Positions 12,749 to 21,953 of a stretch of 32,000 nucleotides of DNA are shown piece after piece; positions within the stretch are counted from its first letter, which is position 1; every line of letters starts with the position of its first letter. The notes under the pieces were generated by a model. The model had not been told where the DNA came from. It worked only from the letters and a program-made list of their open reading frames with translations, and searched no databases. The translations under genes were made by a program, and so were the position numbers. The stretch comes from Prevotella phage Lak-A1. Location of the stretch: the sequence record MK250016.1; one strand, 5' to 3'.

Positions 12749-13015
12749 ATGACTAGAATTATTTATAATATTACAAGTACGCATGTAAATCCAGAAATTC
12801 CTGGTGACAATATATAGATATGTAATGAAAAACCAGTTAAAGTTGAGAAAATTCCTGGTTGGATGCATATAGATCCTATTAATACATAGATAGATTTAGA
12901 ATCAGTTGCATATCAATTATCTGATTATAAATTTACGCCTGGATTTACTGTAACAGTAGATGATTTACTTCATCCTAAACCATTAGATTATGAAGCAACA
13001 CCTAAATTTAAATAA
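12749..13015 (+). CDS. Small hypothetical protein (88 aa), two in-frame TAGs
   Basis: MTRIIYNITSTHVNPEIPGDNIQICNEKPVKVEKIPGWMHIDPINTQIDLESVAYQLSDYKFTPGFTVTVDDLLHPKPLDYEATPKFK, TAA stop. Confidence 0.6.
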
Positions 13016-13020
13016 TAAGA

Positions 13021-13053
13021 AAAGAGGAATAACATCGCTTGTTATTCCTCTTT
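13021..13053. terminator. Bidirectional terminator between convergent operons
   Basis: AAAGAGGAATAACA / TGTTATTCCTCTTT 14-bp stem, 5-nt loop, T-rich on the plus side. Confidence 0.85.
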
Positions 13054-13057
13054 ATTT

Positions 13058-13339
13058 TTATAGTGACAAATTTATATTCATTAAATCGAATAATTTATTT
13101 AATTGATCTGTTGTTTGAACTTCTACTGAAGCAACAGTTTCCATATCATCATTTTGAATAATACAATTCCAATCTCTACCAATCATATTGGTATGACCAT
13201 TATTAATTGTTATTGTAAATGTATGATTAATAGGACCTACTGTTTTTGTGAAAACATCCATAGATTCAAAATCACCAAATCCACTATCATAATCATATTC
13301 AAAATTATGAAAGATTAATAAATCTTTTGTTATATCCAT
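13058..13339 (-). CDS. Hypothetical protein
   Basis: 93-aa ORF, TAA stop. Confidence 0.65.
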   Translation of the reverse strand: MDITKDLLIFHNFEYDYDSGFGDFESMDVFTKTVGPINHTFTITINNGHTNMIGRDWNCIIQNDDMETVASVEVQTTDQLNKLFDLMNINLSL

Positions 13340-13357
13340 TTTAAAATATATTTTTAA

Positions 13358-14209
13358 TTAAATATCTTCTTCATATGTATCATCATCCTCATCATCATGA
13401 CTTGTTAATTTATCATATGAATCCATAATAGCTTGTAATACTTTTTTCCCTTCTGTAATATATTGTTCATCATAATGCCAGGATTGACCAGCATTTCTTG
13501 AATTACAAAAAGTTCCATTCAATAAAGCTAATGTATTAATAAAAGAACACCACTCTATTGTAGCATCTGCAAATACATCCCAATTTACTACAGAATTATT
13601 ATAAAATCCCATAGATCTTGGTAATGTAGATAACAAATTCCATGTATACATATTTGGCATATAATCATGATATTTGTCATCTTGTAAATCTGCTTCAATC
13701 TTAACACGATCATTTACATTATAATCAAATATATTATCATATGTACCTATTTTATGAAGAATTTCTTTCATTATATCAATGTCATATGTCATTGCTTTAT
13801 ATATTGAATACTTCTCATATATAACAGTATATTCATTCTGTTCAGTAGGTGCATATCGAGCTTTACTTATTGTATCTAATTTTGTAAATAAATCTTTAAC
13901 TGCATCTGGTTGTTCATCATATTTTTTATACTTATTCCAGTTATATAAAATAATTTCTGTAATTTTGATGAAATCCATATTAAGTTTACCTTTAAGTATT
14001 CTTGTAGTTTCATCTTCATCGTAATCATCAAATACACCATAATCACCCATAGAACCTATAACAGGAATATGCATAGGAATTAATGGACTTTCCAAATAAC
14101 AAGGAATATTTGAAATATTCTTATTTTTCTTACAAATAATAGCTACAGTTGTTTCACCTCGTTTTATAGGAACTCGTGAAAAAAATCCGGATACACAAAA
14201 ATCACCCAT
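13358..14209 (-). CDS. Hypothetical protein (MGDFCVSGFFSRVPI...)
   Basis: 283-aa ORF, TAA stop, tightly packed in an operon. Confidence 0.75.
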   Translation of the reverse strand: MGDFCVSGFFSRVPIKRGETTVAIICKKNKNISNIPCYLESPLIPMHIPVIGSMGDYGVFDDYDEDETTRILKGKLNMDFIKITEIILYNWNKYKKYDEQPDAVKDLFTKLDTISKARYAPTEQNEYTVIYEKYSIYKAMTYDIDIMKEILHKIGTYDNIFDYNVNDRVKIEADLQDDKYHDYMPNMYTWNLLSTLPRSMGFYNNSVVNWDVFADATIEWCSFINTLALLNGTFCNSRNAGQSWHYDEQYITEGKKVLQAIMDSYDKLTSHDDEDDDTYEEDI

Positions 14210-14210
14210 T

Positions 14211-14705
14211 TTATCCTATGTTTTTAATATAATTATTTAAAATATCAGTCCATTTTTCATTATCTGCAATATTACAGATATATCGTATTGCACCAGAAAA
14301 ACAATTTTCTAATGTATTAAAAGATAAATAAGATTCGCCTTCATTAACATGTTTTTCCCATAGCTGATTTGCAACAGTGCTTACAGGAATAATAACATAT
14401 GACCATTCCTTATTTTCTTTACTATATGTTGGTTGAATGATAAAACCCATATATTTTTCAAACCAATCAATAACTTCAAAAACAGTAGGTGCTGGAATCC
14501 AATTTGCAGATGGATAAGTAATACCCCAATCAGAATTATGTGGTTCCAAATCTCCTGTATGCCATACACGTTCAGCAGTTGGGTTTTTAGGATCTCCTTT
14601 AACTGCTTTAATACCTACAGGTGCCTTTAAATATAAATCTTCAGTATATTCATCAAAACCTAAGTTATTAAGAATTACTGATAAATTAAAATCAACATGT
14701 TTCAT
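14211..14705 (-). CDS. Hypothetical protein with IPAPTVFEVIDWFEKYMG motif, a type seen in Bacteroidota phages/prophages
   Basis: 164-aa ORF; family impression from recall. Confidence 0.7.
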   Translation of the reverse strand: MKHVDFNLSVILNNLGFDEYTEDLYLKAPVGIKAVKGDPKNPTAERVWHTGDLEPHNSDWGITYPSANWIPAPTVFEVIDWFEKYMGFIIQPTYSKENKEWSYVIIPVSTVANQLWEKHVNEGESYLSFNTLENCFSGAIRYICNIADNEKWTDILNNYIKNIG

Positions 14706-14710
14706 TATCT

Positions 14711-15139
14711 TTATAATTTAATATCATCTGAATTTAATAATGTATTTCTCTTATTATCAACAAGAATAAACCGTGCATTAATATATAACAGTTCATTCTT
14801 TAATTTTTGAACATCTTTTTTAGATGTATTTTCAAATATAATAAATTTATATGACGAAAAATATTCTAATAGTTCTTCAAAAATATTTCTTAATTGTAAC
14901 ATATCACCAAAACGTTCAAAATTATTATAATAACGTTCATGCGGAATCGGTTTATTATTACAAATATTTTCTACCAATTCTATAATTTCATCACATTTTT
15001 CAAATAACCTTAATATATCATCTTCTTTATCATTATTATGATATTCTGGTTTCTTTGAATATAAATTCCACATATGACTAAATATATAGCGATATATAGA
15101 AAATCTATTATTATAAAACGTTAAATCAATTCTTTCCAT
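14711..15139 (-). CDS. Hypothetical protein
   Basis: 142-aa ORF preceded by a TATCTTTG promoter-like motif. Confidence 0.65.
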   Translation of the reverse strand: MERIDLTFYNNRFSIYRYIFSHMWNLYSKKPEYHNNDKEDDILRLFEKCDEIIELVENICNNKPIPHERYYNNFERFGDMLQLRNIFEELLEYFSSYKFIIFENTSKKDVQKLKNELLYINARFILVDNKRNTLLNSDDIKL

Positions 15140-15153
15140 TTATATATTTTATT

Positions 15154-15170
15154 AATACAAAGATACACAT
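15154..15170 (-). promoter_or_regulatory. Bacteroidota-type -7 promoter element (TATCTTTG)
   Basis: AATACAAAGATACACAT on plus gives ATGTGTATCTTTGTATT on minus, matching TAnnTTTG, about 19 nt upstream of the 15139 start. Confidence 0.6.
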
Positions 15171-15190
15171 TTATTTTTAAATATAAAAAT

Positions 15191-15631
15191 TTAACGTGCA
15201 CGCATTACTTCAAAATATTGTTCAATTAACTTATTAATTAAAAGTTCATATGTAAATCCATAAGGATTACCTGGTCCGAATACTTTCATATCTGTTGGTG
15301 ATATAGCATATTGTAATTTCGTATCACCTTTTTTTACTTTATCAATATTATTTTCTGTTAGCGGAACATCACTTATATAACTAAATAATCGTATAATATA
15401 AGATTTAAATACAGGAGATAAAAAAATCTTCGCATATAGATATGGTGTAGATGGTGAATTTAATTTATATACATATGTTTTGCCTGCCCAGTCATCATAT
15501 GTAAATAACCATTGTAAAGGATATACATCTTCAAATTCTGGTAATATATCTATATTCGAAACTGATTTGGTTACAATTTCTGGATCTAATTTTGGTTTAC
15601 CTTTATTTAATAGTTTATCTATTATTTTCAT
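15191..15631 (-). CDS. Hypothetical protein
   Basis: 146-aa ORF. Confidence 0.65.
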   Translation of the reverse strand: MKIIDKLLNKGKPKLDPEIVTKSVSNIDILPEFEDVYPLQWLFTYDDWAGKTYVYKLNSPSTPYLYAKIFLSPVFKSYIIRLFSYISDVPLTENNIDKVKKGDTKLQYAISPTDMKVFGPGNPYGFTYELLINKLIEQYFEVMRAR

Positions 15632-15635
15632 ATAA

Positions 15636-16244
15636 TTATTCTATAATTTTTAAATCATCTGGTATATAACAATCACTACCTAAATATTTGATATATTCTT
15701 TAACTGGTTTCTTTACTTTTTTCCAATATGGTAATTTATCATCTTTACTTTGATAATAGATATAACTATCAAAATATGTTATTTCCTCTATTTTACCATC
15801 ATGTTCAACTTTACATGCTTTATAATTATCTTCATCGAAATAGCTTGCAAGATCCATCCATACCAATAAATCTTCTAATATCATTATTGAAAATGGCATA
15901 GTAATATATGTTGTATTCGTTGTTTTCTTTTCGTATATAATATTCCCATTATTATCTTTCAATACTGTTAATCCTTTATAATCACCAGTAATTTGCCAAT
16001 TCGGATTATCAATAAAATATTGTAATAGAAATTCTAATGGTTTTCTTTCTTCGGGAATTATAGAATAATCTATTGATAAATTATATTCACCAAACTTTAA
16101 ATTATCTGCTATGCATTGTCTTACATCAATTACTAAACGTTTTCTTTGTTCTTTATTAAAATTATCAAATTCATATTTTGCTATATTTAATGCATGTTGG
16201 TGTGCAGCAATAGTATGTCTACCTATTGCATATCTATATGACAT
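15636..16244 (-). CDS. Hypothetical protein
   Basis: 202-aa ORF. Confidence 0.7.
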   Translation of the reverse strand: MSYRYAIGRHTIAAHQHALNIAKYEFDNFNKEQRKRLVIDVRQCIADNLKFGEYNLSIDYSIIPEERKPLEFLLQYFIDNPNWQITGDYKGLTVLKDNNGNIIYEKKTTNTTYITMPFSIMILEDLLVWMDLASYFDEDNYKACKVEHDGKIEEITYFDSYIYYQSKDDKLPYWKKVKKPVKEYIKYLGSDCYIPDDLKIIE

Positions 16245-16308
16245 CCATACTAAATCTTCATGATATGCATTTAAATATTCGTCTTTCTATTTTTTCATAT
16301 AAAATAAA

Positions 16309-16346
16309 AAAGTCTGTTTATATTTTATACAATATAAACAGACTTT
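16309..16346 (-). terminator. Intrinsic terminator downstream of clpP
   Basis: AAAGTCTGTTTATATT / AATATAAACAGACTTT perfect 16-bp stem, 6-nt loop, T-tract on minus. Confidence 0.85.
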
Positions 16347-16353
16347 AGTTTTA

Positions 16354-17043
16354 TTATTTACTAGTTAATATCTTATCAATCATACCTTTTGTTCCGTATG
16401 ATTTAGCCTCTTCTGAACTCATCCAAAAATCTCTATCAGCATCTTTCTTAATTCGTGAAAGTGTTTGTCCTGAATGTGTAGATATAATATCATATAATTC
16501 ATTCTTAAGTCTATTAACTTCTTTGCATGTAATCTCAATATCACTAGCTTGTGTATGTGGTCCTGTAGACGACATTGGTTGATGGATCATCACACGTGAA
16601 TGTTTCAATGCGCATCGCTTTCCTTCTGCGCCTGCACATAACAAGATACTCGCCATACTTGCCGCCATTCCAGCACAAATAGTTGAAACATCTGGTCGTA
16701 TAAGTTGCATAGTATCATAAATCTCAAGTCCTGAATAAACATCACCACCTGGAGAATTTATATACAGATATATATCTTCCTTTTTATCTGTTGTGTCAAG
16801 ATATAACAGTTGAGATGCAATAATATTTGCACTATCTGGTGTTACTGGATTACCAAGAAAAATAATTCTATCCATCATTAATCTTGAAAAAACATCCATC
16901 TGTGAAACATTCAGTTGACGCTCTTCAAGAATTGTAGGATTCTGATAACCATTATAAACACCAGATTTATTAATATAATCATGTAAGTATAAACTACTTA
17001 CACCATTTGAAATCATAAACTTTTCAAAATCTGTTTTTACCAT
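16354..17043 (-). CDS. clpP: ATP-dependent Clp protease proteolytic subunit-like serine protease
   Basis: INSPGGDVYSGLEIYDTMQLI, GMAASMASILLCAGAEGKR (catalytic Ser) and HSRVMIHQP (catalytic His). Confidence 0.95.
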   Translation of the reverse strand: MVKTDFEKFMISNGVSSLYLHDYINKSGVYNGYQNPTILEERQLNVSQMDVFSRLMMDRIIFLGNPVTPDSANIIASQLLYLDTTDKKEDIYLYINSPGGDVYSGLEIYDTMQLIRPDVSTICAGMAASMASILLCAGAEGKRCALKHSRVMIHQPMSSTGPHTQASDIEITCKEVNRLKNELYDIISTHSGQTLSRIKKDADRDFWMSSEEAKSYGTKGMIDKILTSK

Positions 17044-17534
17044 ATATTTTTATATTTCTTTCTATAACAATTTTTCAATAATGATGTTACGTGAATATTA
17101 GGATAATCACAATGATTATTAGGATTTGTTTCTGTATATATATCAGGATAAGAATCTAATATAAATTTAACAACACCTTGTGACCTTGAAATTCCTGCTG
17201 AACAATGAACATAAATATCTTTACCTAAATTTCTTTCTATGAAATTAAATAATTCATATGCTTGTTCATCTGATAACCCTTTAATTGATTTAGCATATTC
17301 AGCTTCCTCTTCTGAAATATCATTTCCATATGCATATGTTAAATCATAATCAGTAATATCATAGAAATCTAAATTAATAACATTTTCTGCTGAATTAAAT
17401 ATATGATATTCATCTGAAACATTTGGTTCACATATAGAAATTATAGCTACATTATTTGGTAAAGTACGATTATTCCAATTATTCTTTTCCATTAATTTTT
17501 TAAATCCATTAAAGGATTCACACCATATCTTCAT
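17037..17534 (-). CDS. Dual-specificity/tyrosine phosphatase-like protein
   Basis: CX5R signature VHCSAGISRSQGVVKFIL with an upstream acidic segment. Confidence 0.85.
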   Translation of the reverse strand: MKIWCESFNGFKKLMEKNNWNNRTLPNNVAIISICEPNVSDEYHIFNSAENVINLDFYDITDYDLTYAYGNDISEEEAEYAKSIKGLSDEQAYELFNFIERNLGKDIYVHCSAGISRSQGVVKFILDSYPDIYTETNPNNHCDYPNIHVTSLLKNCYRKKYKNIW

Positions 17535-18138
17535 ACTCTTTTATTTGTTTTTCAATTAACGTACATTCATCCTGATATTTCTTTACAGTTTCTAATATAT
17601 TATTAATCTGCTTTTTCTTTTTATCTAATTTCTGATTCAAATGTCTAATAATAAGTTTTTTAATATCTACATAATCAGCAAAAATATTTAAAACTGCATT
17701 TCTAAATTGAATTGCACGCTGTGAAATTTCAGATATTTTTGTGTCTGTAATATCACAACAAAATATATATGGTAACTTTTCATTTAATTCATCACATGTT
17801 GACATAAATTTAGATATGCAACATGCTAATGCTAAATGTAATATAGAAGGTTCATATATTTTTGGTCCATTATCATCTTTATTTGAATCATCTATAATAT
17901 CATCAAAGAAATCATTAAGTGGATAAAAAATATCTAAACATAAATCTTCTGAATCATATATATAATCTCCTAATGTTATATTATAATCCATATAATAATC
18001 AGGAATATTTGTTAATATATCACAGTTATAACTACCAAATATATCTAATAAAATTTTTGGATACCTTTCAGTTCCTTCTGTTTTACATAAATCGGAAAAC
18101 TGTTTATATAAAGTTTTTAAATCATCATAACTTACCAT
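17518..18138 (-). CDS. Hypothetical protein with C-terminal coiled coil
   Basis: 206-aa ORF ending in a Lys/Glu-rich helix; TGA stop. Confidence 0.7.
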   Translation of the reverse strand: MVSYDDLKTLYKQFSDLCKTEGTERYPKILLDIFGSYNCDILTNIPDYYMDYNITLGDYIYDSEDLCLDIFYPLNDFFDDIIDDSNKDDNGPKIYEPSILHLALACCISKFMSTCDELNEKLPYIFCCDITDTKISEISQRAIQFRNAVLNIFADYVDIKKLIIRHLNQKLDKKKKQINNILETVKKYQDECTLIEKQIKEYEDMV

Positions 18139-18141
18139 AAT

Positions 18142-18837
18142 TTACTTCAATTTATCTTTAAGATTAATTAATGTATTATTTACATTTATTGTAAAATTAA
18201 AAATTGCATCTTTTGCACATTTATTAATATAATTATACAAATCAGTTTTTGTAATAAAATCCATAGATTCTTCTGAATTCATCCATGACTTTGTAATAAC
18301 TGCATCATGATTGTTTATAAATTTATATTCAATATGATCCCAATTATCACCACATAATCTAAATTCATCATAATTTATCCACACTCTATTCATTTTAATA
18401 TCTACTGACTTTAACATGATATATGTTTCATCAAAATCAAAATAGTTATCATCATATGAATTATCACCTTGTGTTATATTCTGATAAAAAATACAGTTAA
18501 CATCTCTTATTACTTTACCAGTATCAATATAATTATGAAGAATATAATCTCTTAATTCTATATTGTACTTTGATGAAAAATCAGTAACAGGACATTCATT
18601 TGCAATATACTCTAAGCGATATAATGGTATATATCTAATATCTTCATTATTTACATTCAAATAACGTCGTTTTACTAGTTTAAATGTATATGTATTTTTA
18701 CCTATCTGAATTGTTACTTCTTCTTTTGCACAAAAATCTTGATATGTATGTAATTTATTAAGTAGTAACTTTATATAATTAGTTACCATTTCATTTCCAA
18801 GATTATCTATAGGAATTTCATAATATTCGTATTTCAT
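18142..18837 (-). CDS. Hypothetical protein
   Basis: 231-aa ORF, TAA stop. Confidence 0.7.
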   Translation of the reverse strand: MKYEYYEIPIDNLGNEMVTNYIKLLLNKLHTYQDFCAKEEVTIQIGKNTYTFKLVKRRYLNVNNEDIRYIPLYRLEYIANECPVTDFSSKYNIELRDYILHNYIDTGKVIRDVNCIFYQNITQGDNSYDDNYFDFDETYIMLKSVDIKMNRVWINYDEFRLCGDNWDHIEYKFINNHDAVITKSWMNSEESMDFITKTDLYNYINKCAKDAIFNFTINVNNTLINLKDKLK

Positions 18838-18866
18838 ATAACTAACTTAATTTAATAATTAAACAA

Positions 18867-18906
18867 AAGTAAAGATTAAGCATCCGCAAATGCTTAATCT
18901 TTACTT
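18867..18906 (-). terminator. Intrinsic terminator overlapping the stop codon of the 18894 gene
   Basis: AAGTAAAGATTAAGCAT / ATGCTTAATCTTTACTT perfect 17-bp stem, loop CCGCAA, then T-rich. Confidence 0.85.
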
Positions 18907-19100
18907 GTTATTTGATGAACTGATAGCAATAGTCGTGAAACTGCCATCAAACACATTGCATGAATATATGTAATCTTTGGAAGACCAAAAACAAATGGCA
19001 TTACATAATTCCAGCAAATCATAAAAAAGATTGCACCAATTATAATACAAATAATTGAAATAATTACCATTCCTATAAGTTCAAAAAAATGTTCATTCAT
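18894..19100 (-). CDS. Small two-helix membrane protein (WNYVMPFVFGLPKITYIHA type)
   Basis: 68-aa ORF with hydrophobic helices; resembles small Bacteroidota membrane proteins with a WNWLMP..FGLP motif (recall). Confidence 0.65.
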   Translation of the reverse strand: MNEHFFELIGMVIISIICIIIGAIFFMICWNYVMPFVFGLPKITYIHAMCLMAVSRLLLSVHQITSKD

Positions 19101-19114
19101 ATTACTTATTATTT

Positions 19115-19240
19115 TTAATTATTATTTGTTTTGTTACTTAATAAACAATATAAAATAGAGGATATAATTTCTCTTTTATATCGTTTTTTAGCATATCTAC
19201 CTTTTGATTTAACTAAGGTCTCTTGTTTCATTTTTCTCAT
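19115..19240 (-). CDS. Possible small basic peptide (41 aa)
   Basis: MRKMKQETLVKSKGRYAKKRYKREIISSILYCLLSNKTNNN; intact ATG to TAA, below the track cutoff. Confidence 0.3.
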   Translation of the reverse strand: MRKMKQETLVKSKGRYAKKRYKREIISSILYCLLSNKTNNN

Positions 19241-19264
19241 TGTTGTAATAATGTTTTTATAAAT

Positions 19265-19400
19265 AAAAACCTATGTTTCTTGTTTCACAGACACGCTACT
19301 TTTTAGTATAGTTAAATTATTTAACTTCTTTCATCCATAGTTGGTATCTCCGCAAGCGTAAATTCGGGTAAATTCATCCCTATTTATATTTTATATTAAT
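19265..19400 (-). ncRNA. Putative omega-RNA (reRNA) scaffold at the 3' end of tnpB
   Basis: Downstream of the tnpB stop, in the same frame, are remnants DEFTRIYACGDTNYG and NYTKSSVSVKQET that resemble the usual TnpB C-terminal tail, the region that also encodes omega-RNA. Confidence 0.5.
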
Positions 19401-20533
19401 TAAATATTTAATTGTCTTAATCCTTCTACTAAAATATTCTAAGCAGCATTATAATCTCTATCAATTAAAGATTTACAATGTGGACATATCCATTCTCTTT
19501 CACTTAATTTTAAATCTTTATAAATATAACCACAATTATGACATGTTTTAGATGATGGATAGAATCTATCTATAACTATTAACTACCTTCCATACCACTT
19601 ACATTTATATTCTAACTAACGTCTAAATTCAAATAAACTTAGTTCCTATATAGATTTAGCTAATTTATGATTCTATAATATACCTTTCACATTCAAATCT
19701 TCAATACAGATAACTTGGTTTTCGTTAACTAGTTTTGAAGTGATTTGATGCAAATAATTCTGTCTCTAATTCTTTATCTTTTCATGAACTTTAGATAATT
19801 TAATTCTTAATTTATTTCTATTGTTACTTCCCTTTTGTTTCTTACTTAACTAACGTTGTAATTTTTTTAATTTCTTTTCTTGATTTTTATAAAAATGTTT
19901 ATTTTCATATCTATTTCCATTTGAATCTACAATAAAATCTTTTATTCCTAAATCTAAACCTATTACTGTATCTAAATATTCTTTCTATTGTATTTTACAA
20001 TCTATGAGAATTGATAAGTAATATTTTCTTGTAGTTGTTTTTACTAATGTTATAGACTAAATATATTTCTAATTATGATTTAAATATATCTCATTTTTCC
20101 TTGAGCATTTAAATAATATATTCTTTAACTATTTTATTAAAGTTATTCTATTACCTTTTATTTTATCATGTTTATATTTAAATATAGTATTTGAAAATTT
20201 ACAAGTCTATTTTTTATCTTTTTTTGATTTAAATTTAGGATAACCTTTATTAAATTTAAAAAAATTATTATATGCAACCATTAAATCATTTAATGACTAC
20301 TATAAACATACAGAATATACATCATTTAAAAATAAATATTCATCCTGTTTCTTTAAATTAGTAAGATATTTACCTAATTGAGATAAAGAACATGTTTGCT
20401 TATTCTATTCATACTACATTTTCTTATAATCTAATAATTTATTATATATAAGTCTACAACAACCTAATTGTTTAGAAATAAAATCCTCCTAAACATTATC
20501 TGGATATATTCTTATTTTAATTGCTTTTAACAT
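19400..20533 (-). CDS. tnpB: TnpB RNA-guided nuclease family protein, fully TAG-recoded (377 aa)
   Basis: With TAG=Q the frame is open from ATG 20533 to TAA 19400. Motifs: [46 protein letters not shown] (RuvC Asp), [13 protein letters not shown] (RuvC Glu), [12 protein letters not shown]...REWICPHC (zinc finger), [13 protein letters not shown] (RuvC Asp). Confidence 0.93.
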
Positions 20534-20546
20534 AATATAATAAAAA

Positions 20547-20608
20547 ATCGTTTATATTTTAATTTGTATAAATTTGACGGGTTGATACAAATTATTAATA
20601 TAAACGAT
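20547..20608. repeat. Long imperfect palindrome upstream of tnpB, likely left-end hairpin
   Basis: ATCGTTTATAT...AATTTGTAT / ATACAAATT...ATATAAACGAT arms flanking TTTGACGGGTTG. Confidence 0.55.
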
Positions 20609-20674
20609 CTATAAATATCTTTAATTATATATTATATTCAAAATTATAAAAATAGTTTAATTCAACCCGTCAAA
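20573..20674. repeat. 13-bp inverted repeat TTTGACGGGTTGA / TCAACCCGTCAAA
   Basis: Exact arms at 20573-20585 and 20662-20674. Confidence 0.7.
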
Positions 20675-20731
20675 GTTTTAAACTTATTTTATATATTATT
20701 TATCTAAATTATTTTTGAAATAATGTAAATA

Positions 20732-20944
20732 TTAAAAATTATTGTAATAATTTATTAAATCAGCTTTCATTTCTTTACGAAACTGAGTATCTCTCTTTCT
20801 ATTTCTAATTACTCGATCTTCTGCAATTTCACAATTATAACGTCTCCATTTATTTAAAATAGAACGTTTATACTTAGGTTTAATTTTACCTTTATTGTCA
20901 TGCATATAATCATACGCAGCTTGCTCTTTAAAATTATTACTCAT
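20732..20944 (-). CDS. Small basic hypothetical protein
   Basis: 70-aa Lys/Arg-rich ORF. Confidence 0.6.
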   Translation of the reverse strand: MSNNFKEQAAYDYMHDNKGKIKPKYKRSILNKWRRYNCEIAEDRVIRNRKRDTQFRKEMKADLINYYNNF

Positions 20945-20987
20945 TGTATCTTAAATATAATTTTAGTAATGTCAGAAAAAGAAAAAA

Positions 20988-21740
20988 TTAAACTTCATAA
21001 ATTTGCGTTTCAAAAATTTGCTGCTACTTACCAAATCTACAAATATGAAGTTTAATCATTTGTATTAATCTATACTGCAGAAAAATTATTATAGTATAAG
21101 TTTCATTGCAATTGAACTTTACAACTATAGTGATAATCCACTTATACCTTCTTTTACTCTAAAGACTTTTATATGCAACTTCGACATATGTAATTTATCT
21201 ACATACCGTTTACATTAAAGTTACTTTATTTCATCATGCTTTTATAACCATATTCACAACCCTCTGTATATCACCGATTCATTTCTTTTCATATAGAAAT
21301 CAGGGTCTTTAAGCCTCACTGTTATTGGCTATAACTATTATCCTCAAGCACTACCAGATAAAGTCTTTTTGTTTTTATGGTGCATCTCTCATGCCTCCTT
21401 TTATCATAAAACAAACAAAACTAGTAAGACAAATAACGTTTCTTACAACTCCTACGAATTTAACTCCAAAATTAAGATACATCTCTTAATATTAAGTTGG
21501 ACACTTAAATTAAGTGGATAAAGTTGTACGACTTGAAAATATAATCACCAAAAGAATAATAATATTTTCTCAGACTTTATCATAAACGATTCACTAAATT
21601 CTTTTATGGAACTTATTTCTAATTAAATGAGGACTCATTTAAAATAGGTTCTCCCGAAACATGCGGTTTATCCATACTCATTTAAAACTTTAAATAAGCG
21701 TTGTTTATAGCACTCATCAGAATTTATTATGTATTAACAT
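20988..21740 (-). ncRNA. Candidate large structured RNA 1 (about 750 nt)
   Basis: No ORF over 60 aa on either strand, less AT-rich than flanks, many local hairpins. 3' closing stem TTAAACTTCATA/TATGAAGTTTAA (20988-20999 with 21044-21055) followed by ATTTTTTCTTTTT on minus. Shares a 5' module with the 26.3-27.4 kb region. Confidence 0.5.
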
Positions 21741-21892
21741 TTATAACACATCATTTGTATTTAATTATTCTATATAACTTATATAGATATAAACACAAAT
21801 TGTTTAATAATCTAATAAACAAAATTATTAATATTATGTTATCTTAATGTTAATTAAGAAAAAATTTCAAAGAACACTTTGTTTTTAATAAC

Positions 21893-21909
21893 AATACAAA
21901 GATACACAT
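21893..21909 (-). promoter_or_regulatory. Bacteroidota-type -7 promoter element (TATCTTTG) upstream of RNA candidate 1
   Basis: AATACAAAGATACACAT on plus, identical to 15154-15170. Confidence 0.6.
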
Positions 21910-21953
21910 TATTTTTGAATTAAAAAAATATATTGAAGAAAAAATTAATATTT

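Larger units (their letters stand above)
19250..20610 (-). mobile_element. IS200/IS605-type element carrying only tnpB (no tnpA seen); boundaries approximate
   Basis: Complete TnpB, an omega-RNA-like 3' tail at 19265-19400, and an imperfect palindrome at the putative left end. Confidence 0.7.

Noticed and set aside
20431-20457. TAGACTTATATATAAT sequence resembling the phage promoter
   Set aside because: Spacing between TAGACT and TATAAT is only about 4 nt and it lies inside tnpB coding sequence.
20988-21740. Group II intron domain V interpretation
   Set aside because: CCGCATG and CGGGAG fragments are suggestive, but no domain V GAGC...GAAA...GUUC hairpin, GUGYG 5' end or intron-encoded ORF is visible.
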